Part shown: positions 20,974-30,915 of the stretch, in pieces
Position numbering within the stretch: the stretch's first letter is position 1
How the letters are laid out: each line of letters starts with the position of its first letter
Assembly (NCBI GenBank): GCA_040879645.1
Contig: JBBDJY010000006.1
Span: 94,240-158,239 of the forward strand
DNA length: 64,000 nucleotides
Direction: 5' to 3'
DNA from: Minisyncoccota bacterium
GTDB lineage: Bacteria > Patescibacteriota > Minisyncoccia > Phycocordibacterales > XYD1-FULL-46-19
Position numbers and translations under genes: made by a program
Notes under the pieces: generated by a model
Database searches by the model: none
Told to the model about the DNA's origin: nothing
What the model saw: only the letters and a program-made list of their open reading frames with translations

Positions 20974-22047
20974 ATGGAATTTGCTTTAACTATTACTGTT
21001 TCGCTGATTATTGGTGCCGCTTTGGCCGCCTTGCTTGCTTATATTTTCTTGGCCGGCCGTCACTCTAACGGGTCGGCGACCCCGACTGAACCAAATCGGG
21101 ATTTTTTCTTACTGCAAGACCAAATCCGGCAATTAATTAAAACAGTAGATGACAAATTAGGCAGTTCAAATAAAGAGATGCAAGAGGCGGTTCGCCATCA
21201 ATTCGGCGAATCACAAAAATTAATTAGAGATATTACCGAAAAAGTGACTAAAGTTGAGGAATCCAGTCGTCAGGTTTTTACCGTTGCCGAAGCGTTGCAA
21301 AATTTGGAAAAAGTGCTCAAACACCAAAAACAACGGGGTAATCTCGGCGAGGCCGGTTTGGAACTCATTTTAAGTAATGTTTTACCACCAGGGCAATACA
21401 AAATGCAATACGCTTTTCGAGGTGGCGACCAGGTGGATGCGGTGATCATGACCAAGGAAGGGATGATACCGGTAGATGCCAAGTTTTCACTGGATAATTA
21501 CAACCGGATTATCAATGAAAATGATGATAATCGCCGAACGGAATTGGAAAAGATTTTCCGCGATGATTTGAAAAAGCGCATCAACGAAACGGCCAAATAC
21601 ATTCGGCCGGAAGAGGGGACCTTGCCGTTTGCTTTTATGTTTATTCCGGCCGAGGGGATTTATTACGATCTGTTGGTTAATGAAGTCGGAGCGATTAAAA
21701 GCAATACCCGTAGTCTGATTGATTATGCCTATCGGGATAAAAATGTCATTGTCGTTTCGCCGACGACCTTTGCCGCCTATCTCCAGTCGGTTATATATGG
21801 CTTTAGGGCGTTTAAAATTGAGGAAGGGGCCAAAGAAATCCGTCAACGAGTGGGGGAGTTAGGCAAGCATTTGGCCGCTTATGACCAATTTATGGCTAAA
21901 TTGGGCAATTCGCTTGGGACGACGGTTAATCATTACAATACCGCTCACAAGGAATTAAAGAAAATAGACAAAGACGTGGTGCGTATTAATGGCGAGAGCG
22001 CCGGGATTGAACCGGTGGTTTTGGATCGACCCCGAACGGACGACTAG
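20974..22047 (+). CDS. rmuC: DNA recombination protein RmuC
   Basis: RGNLGE, PVDAKF, FAFMFIPAE, VSPTT; N-terminal TM. Confidence 0.92.
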   Translation: MEFALTITVSLIIGAALAALLAYIFLAGRHSNGSATPTEPNRDFFLLQDQIRQLIKTVDDKLGSSNKEMQEAVRHQFGESQKLIRDITEKVTKVEESSRQVFTVAEALQNLEKVLKHQKQRGNLGEAGLELILSNVLPPGQYKMQYAFRGGDQVDAVIMTKEGMIPVDAKFSLDNYNRIINENDDNRRTELEKIFRDDLKKRINETAKYIRPEEGTLPFAFMFIPAEGIYYDLLVNEVGAIKSNTRSLIDYAYRDKNVIVVSPTTFAAYLQSVIYGFRAFKIEEGAKEIRQRVGELGKHLAAYDQFMAKLGNSLGTTVNHYNTAHKELKKIDKDVVRINGESAGIEPVVLDRPRTDD

Positions 22048-22049
22048 TC

Positions 22050-22082
22050 GTATTTTGTCAAGGTGTCACCTTGACAAAATAC
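22050..22082. repeat. 33-bp perfect palindrome GTATTTTGTCAAGGTG-T-CACCTTGACAAAATAC
   Basis: 16-bp arms; AGGT..ACCT core like the other REP-like palindromes. Confidence 0.75.
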
Positions 22083-22147
22083 TATTCGGTGGATGAATAA
22101 TCGGTATAATCTTGCCTAAAAGCTCATTTTATGTATAATAATCTTGT

Positions 22148-22480
22148 ATGACATTCGCCATTATTGAAACTGGAGGTAAGCAATACAAGGTCGCCGAAGG
22201 GGAGACCCTGAAGGTGGAAAAATTGCCGGCCCCGGAAAAAGGTCAGACCATCACCTTTGATAAGGTGCTTTTGATTGATGACGGTAAGGAAACCAAAATC
22301 GGTGATCCTTATTTGGCGGGCGTGACGGTTACCGCCGATTGGCTACAAACCGGCCGGAGTAAAAAAGTCACGGTGTTGAAATTCAAGAATAAAATTCGCT
22401 ATAAAAAAGTCTATGGCCACCGCCAACCCTTTACTGAAGTCAAAATTGCCGGTCTAAAAACTAAAACCGCTAAAAATTAA
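22148..22480 (+). CDS. rplU: 50S ribosomal protein L21
   Basis: FAIIETGGKQYKV, GHRQPFT. Confidence 0.97.
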   Translation: MTFAIIETGGKQYKVAEGETLKVEKLPAPEKGQTITFDKVLLIDDGKETKIGDPYLAGVTVTADWLQTGRSKKVTVLKFKNKIRYKKVYGHRQPFTEVKIAGLKTKTAKN

Positions 22481-22510
22481 AAACCCCGGAAAACCGGGGT
22501 TTTTAATTAG

Positions 22511-22561
22511 TCCAATACCGAGGTTAAACCTCGGTATTGGAGGTTAAACCTCGGTATTGGA
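22511..22561. repeat. Tandem REP-like palindromes CCAATACCGAGGTTAAACCTCGGTATTGG
   Basis: Same element as 12401-12427. Confidence 0.85.
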
Positions 22562-22592
22562 TTTGCAGCAATCCCGGCTTTCCCCGGCTATT

Positions 22593-23201
22593 TTAATGGC
22601 GGTTTTTAAGGGCATCATCCAAGGTGCGATAGTCGGAATATTCAAGTTCGGTACCGGTGGAGAGACCGCGACCAAGGAGGGAGATTTTGAAATTAAGGTC
22701 GCGCGCTAATTCGGCTAATTCGCTTCGCAGGTATTCGGCGGTGGCATCACCTGAATCGGAGACGGCCAGAGCGATAATCACTTCTTGCGGTTTAAGTTTT
22801 TTGAGGCCGGCTTTTAATTCGGTCAAACGAATCCTTTGTCCCGGTTTTTTTTCTAAAACCGGAATCAGGCCACCTAAGACAAAAAACAAACCGGCGTAGA
22901 CATCGGTCTTGCGAATTGTTTCCAAATCGGCATCTTTCTCGACAATCATTAAACTGTGTTTATCTCGGCTCTGATCGGAACAAAGATTACAAATTGTTTG
23001 ATTGTTGCCAGTGAAATAACGGTAGCATTGCCGGCACTGGCCGGTGTGGACACGCAACTGGCTAATAGTTTCGGCTAAACGTCGGACATTTTCCGGATTA
23101 TCTCTGAGGAGATGATAAACAAACCGGCGTGCTTGACGCGGACCGATACCCGGAAAGCGGATAAACATCGCGGTTAATTTTTCGATGAGATTATCCGTCA
23201 T
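22593..23201 (-). CDS. recR: Recombination mediator RecR
   Basis: FPGIGPRQARR, C4 zinc finger, GTELEY; start MTDNL. Confidence 0.93.
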   Translation of the reverse strand: MTDNLIEKLTAMFIRFPGIGPRQARRFVYHLLRDNPENVRRLAETISQLRVHTGQCRQCYRYFTGNNQTICNLCSDQSRDKHSLMIVEKDADLETIRKTDVYAGLFFVLGGLIPVLEKKPGQRIRLTELKAGLKKLKPQEVIIALAVSDSGDATAEYLRSELAELARDLNFKISLLGRGLSTGTELEYSDYRTLDDALKNRH

Positions 23202-23202
23202 A

Positions 23203-24567
23203 TCAGAAAGAACCGAAATCACCCTTTTCAATGGTATTAAAGCTGACTTTTTGTTCGTCAAAATACAGCTCAATCTTACCGACCGGTCCGTTACGGTGTT
23301 TTTCGACCAAGATCTCCACAATGTTTTTCTTTTCCGTCGAATCATCATATTTATCTTCACGATGGATAAACATCACGACGTCGGCGTCTTGCTCAATTGA
23401 TCCCGAATCACGAAGGTCGGATAAGCGCGGCCGGCCACCGCGGGCCTCAACCGCCCGGGATAATTGCGACAGGGCAATGACCGGCACTTCCAATTCGCGG
23501 GCCAAGCCCTTAAGTGAGCGAGAAATTTCGGTAACCATTTGGACCATAGAATCGGATGAGCGCTGAGGAGTCATTAATTGCAGATAGTCAACGATAATTA
23601 AACCGAGATTATGTTCGGCTTTAAGTCGACGGGCGACCGCCTTCATCTTCATAATATTATTGGACGGTTCGTCATCAATAAAGATTGGTGCTTTAGACAG
23701 TGAATCCAGGGCATCACGAATACGGGAAAATTCATCATCCGCCGAGATTTTACCGGTACGCAATTTCCAAGAATTAACCCGGGCCTCGGCGGCGATGATC
23801 CGATCCACTAATTGTTGAGTACTCATTTCCAGAGAGAAAATAGCCGTACTGATATTTTGCCGGCAAGCAACGTTCCGGACAATATCCAGGGCTAGCGAAG
23901 TCTTACCGACGGACGGCCGGGCGGCGAGAATAATCAAGTCGGATTTTTGAAAACCGGCTAAGAGATTATCCAAATCGCGAAAACCACTCGGAATGCCGCG
24001 AATCCCTTCTTTTGATTTATTCAGTTTATCAAAGCGGTCCCAAGCATCGGCTAAAGTGTCTTTAATATTGGTAAAAGTCTTTTTGGTAAAATTAGTTAGG
24101 GCAAAAATAATTTTTTCGGCTTGATCCAAAGTGGAATCCAAGTCCTCGGATTCGTTGTAGCCAAGTTCTAGGATATTATCAGCCGATTCAATCAATTTAC
24201 GCAAGGAAGCTTTTTTAGCCACTAATTCGGCGTAATATTTAATATTGGAAGCGGTTGGTACAGCGTTGGTTAATTCGGACAGATAACTGGCCCCGCCGGC
24301 TTGTTCCAATTTTTTTTGATTTTTGAGAAAAGAGTTTAAAGATACCAAGTCTATCGGTTCATGCTTTTCATTCAAGGCCAACATCGCTTGAAAAATGGTT
24401 CGATGTTTAAAACTGTAAAAAGAAGCCGGGATAACGGAGTCTCCGATTTCGTAAATGGAATCGGGTTTGAGCATAATTGCACCCAAAAGCGCCTGTTCAG
24501 CACCGAGATCTTGAGGCGGGATTTTTAGGGGACTTTTTTGAAATGGTTTTTCCGTATAGGTGGGCAT
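23203..24567 (-). CDS. dnaB: Replicative DNA helicase
   Basis: AARPSVGKT, FSLEM, IVDYLQL, LSQLSR, DLRDSGSIEQDAD. Confidence 0.98.
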   Translation of the reverse strand: MPTYTEKPFQKSPLKIPPQDLGAEQALLGAIMLKPDSIYEIGDSVIPASFYSFKHRTIFQAMLALNEKHEPIDLVSLNSFLKNQKKLEQAGGASYLSELTNAVPTASNIKYYAELVAKKASLRKLIESADNILELGYNESEDLDSTLDQAEKIIFALTNFTKKTFTNIKDTLADAWDRFDKLNKSKEGIRGIPSGFRDLDNLLAGFQKSDLIILAARPSVGKTSLALDIVRNVACRQNISTAIFSLEMSTQQLVDRIIAAEARVNSWKLRTGKISADDEFSRIRDALDSLSKAPIFIDDEPSNNIMKMKAVARRLKAEHNLGLIIVDYLQLMTPQRSSDSMVQMVTEISRSLKGLARELEVPVIALSQLSRAVEARGGRPRLSDLRDSGSIEQDADVVMFIHREDKYDDSTEKKNIVEILVEKHRNGPVGKIELYFDEQKVSFNTIEKGDFGSF

Positions 24568-24707
24568 CTAAAGATTGTAACATAAAGCCCTAATCGGCCG
24601 ATGAGTAAAAACGGCTAAAAATAGTCAAACCGAATCAATTCGGGTAATAAGTGTGGACAACTCAAATGAGATTTTTTAATAGTCAGTGGCTTAGGCTTAC
24701 GGCCGGG

Positions 24708-26102
24708 CTAGGTAGGCAAAATCATTTCCAGGGATTTAGGCAAGAGAATTGGGCCGGTTGGCGTGTCTTTGACGATCAGGCCGGTTTTGGCGATTTCTGC
24801 CCGCAGGCGGTCGGCTTCGGCCCAGTCGGTGTTTTCTCGGGCCTGTTCTCTTTTTTGTATCAGTTCTTTTACTTCTTTGCTTGGTTCGGGGGTGTTGATT
24901 TCATCAAGACCCAAACCAAGATAATGGTCAAGGTTAAGGAGGGTTTCGCACTTGTCGGCAACTGATAATTGCTCGTCGGCAATTAACTGCCAGAGGATAG
25001 GCAGGGCTTGCGGGGTATTAAGGTCATCAGCCAACACGGCTTGGTATTTTTGCCGGTAAGCATCATTAACTTGCCCGCCGGCGGTATGGTTGTTTTCTAT
25101 CAAGAAATGGGCCAATTTAAGCAGGGCGACTTCAGCGCCGGCCAGCGCCGCCAGTGAAAAATTTATTTTTTGTCGGTAATGGGCGCCAAGATAAAGATAG
25201 CGTAAAGCTAGGGGATGATGACCTTTTTCTTTGATATCGTCCAAGGTTAGAAAATTACCGGCCGATTTGGCCATTTTTGCTTCACCGGTAACAACGAAAG
25301 CGTTATGGAGCCAATAGTTGGCCAGCGGTTTGCCGGTAACCGCTTCGGCTTGAGCTCGTTCATTAATGTGGTGGATGGGGATATGATCGGCCCCACCGGT
25401 GTGAATATCAAAGGTCTCGCCGAGATATTTCATACTCATGGCCGAACATTCAATATGCCAACCGGGAAAGCCGGTACCAAAAGGCGAGGGCCATTCTTGT
25501 TCCCGTTTGTCGGCCGGTTGGGAAAATTTCCATAAAGCAAAATCCCGGGGGTTTTTCTTTTCCGGATTTCTTTTAATTCGGCTTGATTTTGTTGATTTTT
25601 CGGTGACTGGATTCTCGTAATCAGGGTATTGGCCGGTGTCAAAATAAAGACCGTCACTTATTTGATAGGCGAGACCTTTGGCCAGGAGTTTTTCAATCAA
25701 GGCGATTTGTTCGGCAATATGGTCGGTGGCTTTGGGAAAGGAATATTCAGCAATCTTGATATTTAAGGCGGTCAAGTCTTTAAAAAATAACTCACTATAC
25801 TCGGCGCTCAAAGCGGCCGCGGTTTTTTTCTCCCGACGAGCGGCGACTTCCACTTTATCTTCACCATCATCACCGTCATCGGTTAAATGCCCGACGTCGG
25901 TGATATTAATGAGGTGCTTGACGGTAAAACCTTCAGTGACAAAAAGGCGATGAAGAGTATCGGCAAAAACATATGAACGCAGATTGCCGATATGGGCCGG
26001 ATAGTAAACCGTCGGTCCGCAAGTATAAATACCGACGGTTTTTGGTTTTAAGGGCGTGAATTCACGGCGAGTGCCACTTAAGGTATCAAATAATTCAATC
26101 AT
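24708..26102 (-). CDS. cysS: Cysteinyl-tRNA synthetase
   Basis: CGPTVY, HIGN, PGWHIECSAM, KMAKS. Confidence 0.97.
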   Translation of the reverse strand: MIELFDTLSGTRREFTPLKPKTVGIYTCGPTVYYPAHIGNLRSYVFADTLHRLFVTEGFTVKHLINITDVGHLTDDGDDGEDKVEVAARREKKTAAALSAEYSELFFKDLTALNIKIAEYSFPKATDHIAEQIALIEKLLAKGLAYQISDGLYFDTGQYPDYENPVTEKSTKSSRIKRNPEKKNPRDFALWKFSQPADKREQEWPSPFGTGFPGWHIECSAMSMKYLGETFDIHTGGADHIPIHHINERAQAEAVTGKPLANYWLHNAFVVTGEAKMAKSAGNFLTLDDIKEKGHHPLALRYLYLGAHYRQKINFSLAALAGAEVALLKLAHFLIENNHTAGGQVNDAYRQKYQAVLADDLNTPQALPILWQLIADEQLSVADKCETLLNLDHYLGLGLDEINTPEPSKEVKELIQKREQARENTDWAEADRLRAEIAKTGLIVKDTPTGPILLPKSLEMILPT

Positions 26103-26135
26103 TGGCTTTAGAATATCATAAGGTTGGTTCGGTTG

Positions 26136-26978
26136 CTACCGGTAAAAAATTATCAGCCAAACCATAATGATTAAAATAAATAGACCAAGACCAAAGAACC
26201 TTTGTCGGCGGCGGAAAGTCCTGTCGGTGGTAATGAGTAAAATTATCTCGTTTTGGTATTTAAGGGTTAGACTCAAGCGTTTAAGAGCCGATAGGGCTTT
26301 TTGCAGAGCCAGAAAGCGTCGTTTAATCAGCAGGCCGTTTTGTTCACGTGGGCCAAAAAAATGTAAACAAGCCGGAATCAAACGGCGAATGGTCGGTTCG
26401 TGGACATTGATGAGTTTTTGCCGGGAGTTAATGTCCTGACGATTTTTTTTCAAATGGGTCAGTCTGGCCGATACCGGTTGACGGTGGAGTAATTTTAATT
26501 TTTGATCTTCCGCCTTTATTTCTTTGAGTAGGGATAAGTAAAGGTCGTTTAAAATACCGCCCAAGATAAATCCGGCCGGGGAGTCTCGACCGATAATCGG
26601 TTGTTTCCGCCTATTTGCCGGTTGGAAAATTCGACTGAATTCGGCCAAAGCGGCGATTGGTCGGTCGTGCAGGGTAACGATTAATTTCGATCCGATAATA
26701 AAGCGGACAATTGTCACTGAATCGGTCTTTTGGTCAGCAAAAGAAGAAGCGGGCCAAGGTAAAGCCAAATAACCATAATCGTCAATGGTAAAAAATTCCG
26801 CACCGGTTTCAACCGGAGGAGTGTTCATGGCGAGTCGAGCTTTAATTTTATCAGGCAATTTATATTGGCCGGCCAGTTTTTCCACATCGGTCATTGACGG
26901 TCTTTCCAGGTCAAGCCAAATAATACCATTTTGTTTTAATTGTCGGATCACACGAGTGGAAATTAAAATTAGCAACAA
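26136..26978 (-). CDS. Degenerate CorA-like protein (cytoplasmic domain plus one TM)
   Basis: WLDLERPS N-terminus and FIIG..IVTLH; no GMN motif. Confidence 0.5.
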   Translation of the reverse strand: MLLILISTRVIRQLKQNGIIWLDLERPSMTDVEKLAGQYKLPDKIKARLAMNTPPVETGAEFFTIDDYGYLALPWPASSFADQKTDSVTIVRFIIGSKLIVTLHDRPIAALAEFSRIFQPANRRKQPIIGRDSPAGFILGGILNDLYLSLLKEIKAEDQKLKLLHRQPVSARLTHLKKNRQDINSRQKLINVHEPTIRRLIPACLHFFGPREQNGLLIKRRFLALQKALSALKRLSLTLKYQNEIILLITTDRTFRRRQRFFGLGLFILIIMVWLIIFYR

Positions 26979-27072
26979 GCGGAACGATTTAAGTATAGAG
27001 GGAATTTAATTTTTTGTATATTGTCGGTCGCTTTAATTTGACGACCAACCGGTCGTTTGCGATAATAACAAA

Positions 27073-28308
27073 ATGAGACGCTTAATGGTTTTCCTGATTA
27101 CTTTGTCTGTTTTTATCGTCGGCTGGGGCGGCGCTTTTTTTGTCGGTACTTATTACGGTTATACCAATCGTCCGGCGATTGAAAGCGTTACCGCTTTATA
27201 TAATAAAGAAGAAGATAAACCGCCGACCGTTGATTTTTCGGTTTTTTGGGAAGCTTGGAAGGTGCTGGATGAAAAGTATGTTGACACCAATTCAGATAAT
27301 CGACCGGCGGTAACTGATGAGCAAAAGGTCTGGGGAGCGATTCAGGGCTTAACCCAATCCTTGGGTGATCCTTATACCGTCTTTTTGCCACCGGAAGAAA
27401 AAAAGCAATTTGAAGACGATATTGCCGGTAATTTTAGCGGCGTGGGGATGGAAATCGGCATTCGTGACGGCCAGTTGACGGTGGTGGCTCCGTTGCCAAA
27501 TACACCGGCCAAAAAAGCCGGGATTTTGGCCGGTGACCGGATCATCAAGATCGACGGTGAAGAAACCACTAAAATGAATGTTAATGAAGCAGTGAAAAAC
27601 ATTCGTGGCCCGAAGGGAGAGCCGGTTACTCTGACTATCAAGCGAGGGGAGTCCACTGAAGAATTAAGTATCACCATTGTTCGAGATGATATTCAGATCC
27701 CGACCATTGATACCGAGTTATTAGCCGAGGGAATCTTTGTTATCCGGTTGTATAATTTTTCCGCTCCGGCCCCTGATCTGTTTCGTAAGGGTCTGGAAGA
27801 ATTTATTGACTCGGGAGCGAATAAATTAATTTTGGATCTGCGGGGTAATCCGGGTGGTTATTTGGAGGCAGCGATTCATATTTCCAGCTGGTTCTTACCG
27901 GACGACAAAACGGTGGTAGTGGAGAAAAAAGGACAAGTGGACAAGGAAACGGTTCATAAAAGTTACGGTTTTGATGTCTTTACCGATCAACTGAAAATGG
28001 TTGTCTTGATCGACCAAGGGAGCGCCTCGGCTTCGGAAATTGTCGCCGGCGCTTTGCGGGGAAATGGAGCGGCCACTTTAATCGGTCAAAAAACTTTCGG
28101 CAAGGGCTCGGTTCAAGAATTAGTCTCCTTATCCGGCGATACCTCACTTAAGGTGACGGTTGCCCGTTGGTATACGCCGGACGGTCACTCGATTTCGGCT
28201 GACGGCTTGGAGCCGGATATCGTCGTTGATTGGACGGAAGAGGATGCTCAAGCCGGTCGTGATCCGCAATTAAGCCGAGCCATCGATTATTTAACCACCG
28301 GCCGGTAG
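27073..28308 (+). CDS. ctpA: C-terminal processing protease, S41A (PDZ)
   Basis: LGDPYT, DLRGNPGG, SASASEI, TFGKGSVQ. Confidence 0.94.
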   Translation: MRRLMVFLITLSVFIVGWGGAFFVGTYYGYTNRPAIESVTALYNKEEDKPPTVDFSVFWEAWKVLDEKYVDTNSDNRPAVTDEQKVWGAIQGLTQSLGDPYTVFLPPEEKKQFEDDIAGNFSGVGMEIGIRDGQLTVVAPLPNTPAKKAGILAGDRIIKIDGEETTKMNVNEAVKNIRGPKGEPVTLTIKRGESTEELSITIVRDDIQIPTIDTELLAEGIFVIRLYNFSAPAPDLFRKGLEEFIDSGANKLILDLRGNPGGYLEAAIHISSWFLPDDKTVVVEKKGQVDKETVHKSYGFDVFTDQLKMVVLIDQGSASASEIVAGALRGNGAATLIGQKTFGKGSVQELVSLSGDTSLKVTVARWYTPDGHSISADGLEPDIVVDWTEEDAQAGRDPQLSRAIDYLTTGR

Positions 28309-28374
28309 TTGGCCCGTTGTCTGGACAAGAGGCGTTTTTTGGTGTAAATTAGATTTAAAGTAAGATAAATAAAT

Positions 28375-28869
28375 ATGGCAACAACAAAAGTTATTTTATT
28401 AGAAAGTGTCCCTAAATTAGGCGCTCGGTTTGAAACCAAGGCCGTGGCTTCCGGTTATGCCCGTAATTTCCTATTACCGCAAAAAAAGGCGGTTTTGGCC
28501 ACCGAGGCTAATTTAGCCGGTCTGAATGACCGACAGGCAAGGGTTAAGCAAGATTTAGCGGTTCAGGCTGAATTATTTAAGAAAGAAATTGAGCGCTTTC
28601 GTGATATCGTGGTAACCATTTCGATGCCGGCCAATGAAGAAGGGGGATTGTATCAAGCCGTCCACGAAAACGATATCGTCGAGGCCTTGTCTCGAGAGCA
28701 TAAATTAGTTATTGATCCGTCTTGGCTAAAGTTACCAACGGTTGTGAAGAAAGTCGGCGATTACGACATTTTGATTGCACCGGCGGGCTCGTCCGACCGG
28801 GTCATCCGGGCGGGGGAGGAAGCTCCGGCTGAGACCGCCCAAATTAAATTGACAGTTGTCGCTAAATAA
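28375..28869 (+). CDS. rplI: 50S ribosomal protein L9
   Basis: KVILL...GYARNFLLP; C-domain carries a short palindromic insert. Confidence 0.93.
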   Translation: MATTKVILLESVPKLGARFETKAVASGYARNFLLPQKKAVLATEANLAGLNDRQARVKQDLAVQAELFKKEIERFRDIVVTISMPANEEGGLYQAVHENDIVEALSREHKLVIDPSWLKLPTVVKKVGDYDILIAPAGSSDRVIRAGEEAPAETAQIKLTVVAK

Positions 28870-28919
28870 ACAAAATAAAAAAACCGACCAGCAACCCCGG
28901 TCGGGTTTTTTTTTTTTTT

Positions 28920-29204
28920 TTACTTATCTTTTTTGACGACATTGGCCACTTTATAGACTCGCTTATTACCGTCAAAACGCATTTTTTTCTTGGTGGTGAA
29001 TTTTACCAAGCCGGGTTCTCGAGTATAGAGAGTGTGGTCGCGACCGACACTGACATTAACTCCCGGTAAGATTTTGGTCCCACGCTGGCGAACGATAATC
29101 GCTCCGGCCTTGGCTTCCTGGCCGTCATAAAGTTTAGTGCCAAGATATTTAGGATTGGAATCTCTTAAGTTTTTAGCGGATCCACCCGCTTTACGATGTG
29201 CCAT
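28920..29204 (-). CDS. rpmA: 50S ribosomal protein L27
   Basis: [32 protein letters not shown]. Confidence 0.98.
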   Translation of the reverse strand: MAHRKAGGSAKNLRDSNPKYLGTKLYDGQEAKAGAIIVRQRGTKILPGVNVSVGRDHTLYTREPGLVKFTTKKKMRFDGNKRVYKVANVVKKDK

Positions 29205-29521
29205 AAGGAAATACTTACTGTTAAATTTATTATTGCCAGTATAGTGGAGATTGACAAAAAAATCAAGGCCTACCCCGGTAGGCGAGGGGAGAGGGCGTCC
29301 GGCTTAAAGCCCCCTACCCCCTTTCACTTAATTTTGAGGCCGATTCTAAGATTCGGTGATTTAGTCGGAATTTACCACCGGTATCTGGACCTGTTGTTAA
29401 GGATAAAAAAGTAAAATTTTTAGCTTTTATTTAAAATTTACCAAAATTACACGGTGAAAATTTTGACCGGTTAAGGGTTGGATTTATCAAGTAAATCAGC
29501 TAATCAAAATCAGCTAAATAG

Positions 29522-29689
29522 GACTCCTAATTAATCATTGGCAATAAAGGGTGACATTGCACCAAGAAGGGCCTCAGAGAGGAAAATAGAGGTACTAGGG
29601 TACCACTCGATTGACTAACCGAGGCCCGTTGGTCGCTACCGGTGAGCGACTTTGCGGACCGGCTTCAATTAAAAGGAGAGAGTCGGATC
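29522..29689 (-). ncRNA. Candidate 6S-like RNA (about 165 nt)
   Basis: TATAAT at 29701-29696; closing stem, central bubble and terminal GGGCCUCGG/CUGAGGCCC stem; G-U pairs favour the minus strand. Confidence 0.45.
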
Positions 29690-29948
29690 GTTTATATTAT
29701 AATGTCGCATAATATACATTTTGCGCGGTATTAATCTAAAACCCACTCCCCGGCCGATAATTTATTTTTTCCAACCCGATTCGCCGGTCTCTCTTTTTAT
29801 TACTTTTTCTTTTGTTTCTCCCATGCTCCCTTCTCCGCTCCGTCTTAAGATAGTTTTTTATCAATTGGCTTGTTTAAAAATAAAAAATATCCACTTCTCC
29901 ACCGGAATATTTTTTAGTTGACAGAATTTGATATAATTAGTAGTATTA

Positions 29949-30116
29949 GGGGGTGCAGAGTTCGGTCCCATCCCTCTTCTCGGACGAGGGTGCAATCCGC
30001 CACGGGATAAACTGTCCTCTATGGATGGTAAAGAAACCAGCCGATAGGTCAGAGTTCACCGGACTCTGCACGCCAATCCTCTCCCCTGCGCTTACAAGTT
30101 GCCGGGGAGTTTTTTT
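29949..30116 (+). ncRNA. Candidate structured ncRNA of unknown class
   Basis: TTGACA-17-TAGTAT promoter, 14-bp closing stem 29953-29966/30058-30071, internal hairpins, terminator 30081-30116. Confidence 0.55.
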
Positions 30117-30293
30117 ATACAAAAAATATTTAGGGCGGTTTTTAAGCTCACCAGATTCCCTCCCCATTCTTGACGAATAAAAATAATAGTGTTAGTAATT
30201 TATTAGGAAGAACGTTAAAAACTTGGGTCTGTCTGCCGTAGGCAGGCCCGCTGGCAAAAATCGCGACTTTTTGTCGCCGAAGAGGAGACTACT

Positions 30294-30893
30294 ATGAGTG
30301 ATATTACTCTCGATGTCGGCCTCGCTTACAAGCTTAAGCAGGCACTATCTCGCAACAGTATTCCCGACGTTGCCGACCTTGATTGGTTGGCGACGGGCGA
30401 TAACATCGCCAAGATGCGTCGGGTGCGACTCGGCCACGCCGAGATCACCGACCCGGAGCACGTCATCGACTGCGATGATGCCGATCCGTTTATTCTGAAC
30501 AACTGGAAGTTCGAGGAACACCGCAAGGGCGGCGCGTTCAAGTGGAACGCCGCCGACGTGGCGCTTCACCTCGACAAGGGGCAACAGAACGGCAAGTGGA
30601 TCGAGGGCAACAAGCTCCGCAAGGAGCTGGCAGACAAAACCGTCTTGAACGCCAATGTCCTCGACTACCTGCTTGCCCATCCACACCTCATTCCCGAGGA
30701 ATGGAAGGGAAAGATGGTCTTCTTTTGGGGTACGATCTACCGCGACCGGTTCGGCGACCTCTACGTCCGTTACCTCCACTGGCTCGGCGACAGGTGGCGC
30801 TGGAACACCGGCTGGCTTGGCGACGTTTGGTACGACTACAACCCCGCCGCGATTTCCGCCGGTCTGCCGACCGATAGGCTTGATTATCGGTAG
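30294..30893 (+). CDS. Putative DGR variable (target) protein, CLec-like C-terminus
   Basis: GC-rich gene; C-terminal YVRYLxWxGxRWxWxxxWLxxxWxDxNPAA with mostly NNC codons at variable sites. Confidence 0.6.
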   Translation: MSDITLDVGLAYKLKQALSRNSIPDVADLDWLATGDNIAKMRRVRLGHAEITDPEHVIDCDDADPFILNNWKFEEHRKGGAFKWNAADVALHLDKGQQNGKWIEGNKLRKELADKTVLNANVLDYLLAHPHLIPEEWKGKMVFFWGTIYRDRFGDLYVRYLHWLGDRWRWNTGWLGDVWYDYNPAAISAGLPTDRLDYR

Positions 30894-30915
30894 TCATTAT
30901 CGGCCGATTGAACTT

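Noticed and set aside
28877-28921. T16 homopolymer as a phase-variation tract
   Set aside because: It is the tail of a bidirectional terminator between rplI and rpmA; length may be a sequencing artefact
29400-29520. oriC (AT-rich stretch, AATCAGCTAA twice)
   Set aside because: No cluster of DnaA boxes; the DnaA-box-like 9-mers seen (about 12943, 14854, 15683, 24652) are isolated
29949-30076. tmRNA, tRNA, SRP RNA or cobalamin riboswitch identity
   Set aside because: No matching acceptor stem with CCA end, SRP loop or B12 box
29946-30180. 73-aa and 75-aa ORFs over the structured RNA
   Set aside because: No RBS or recognisable protein; the plus ORF runs through a terminator
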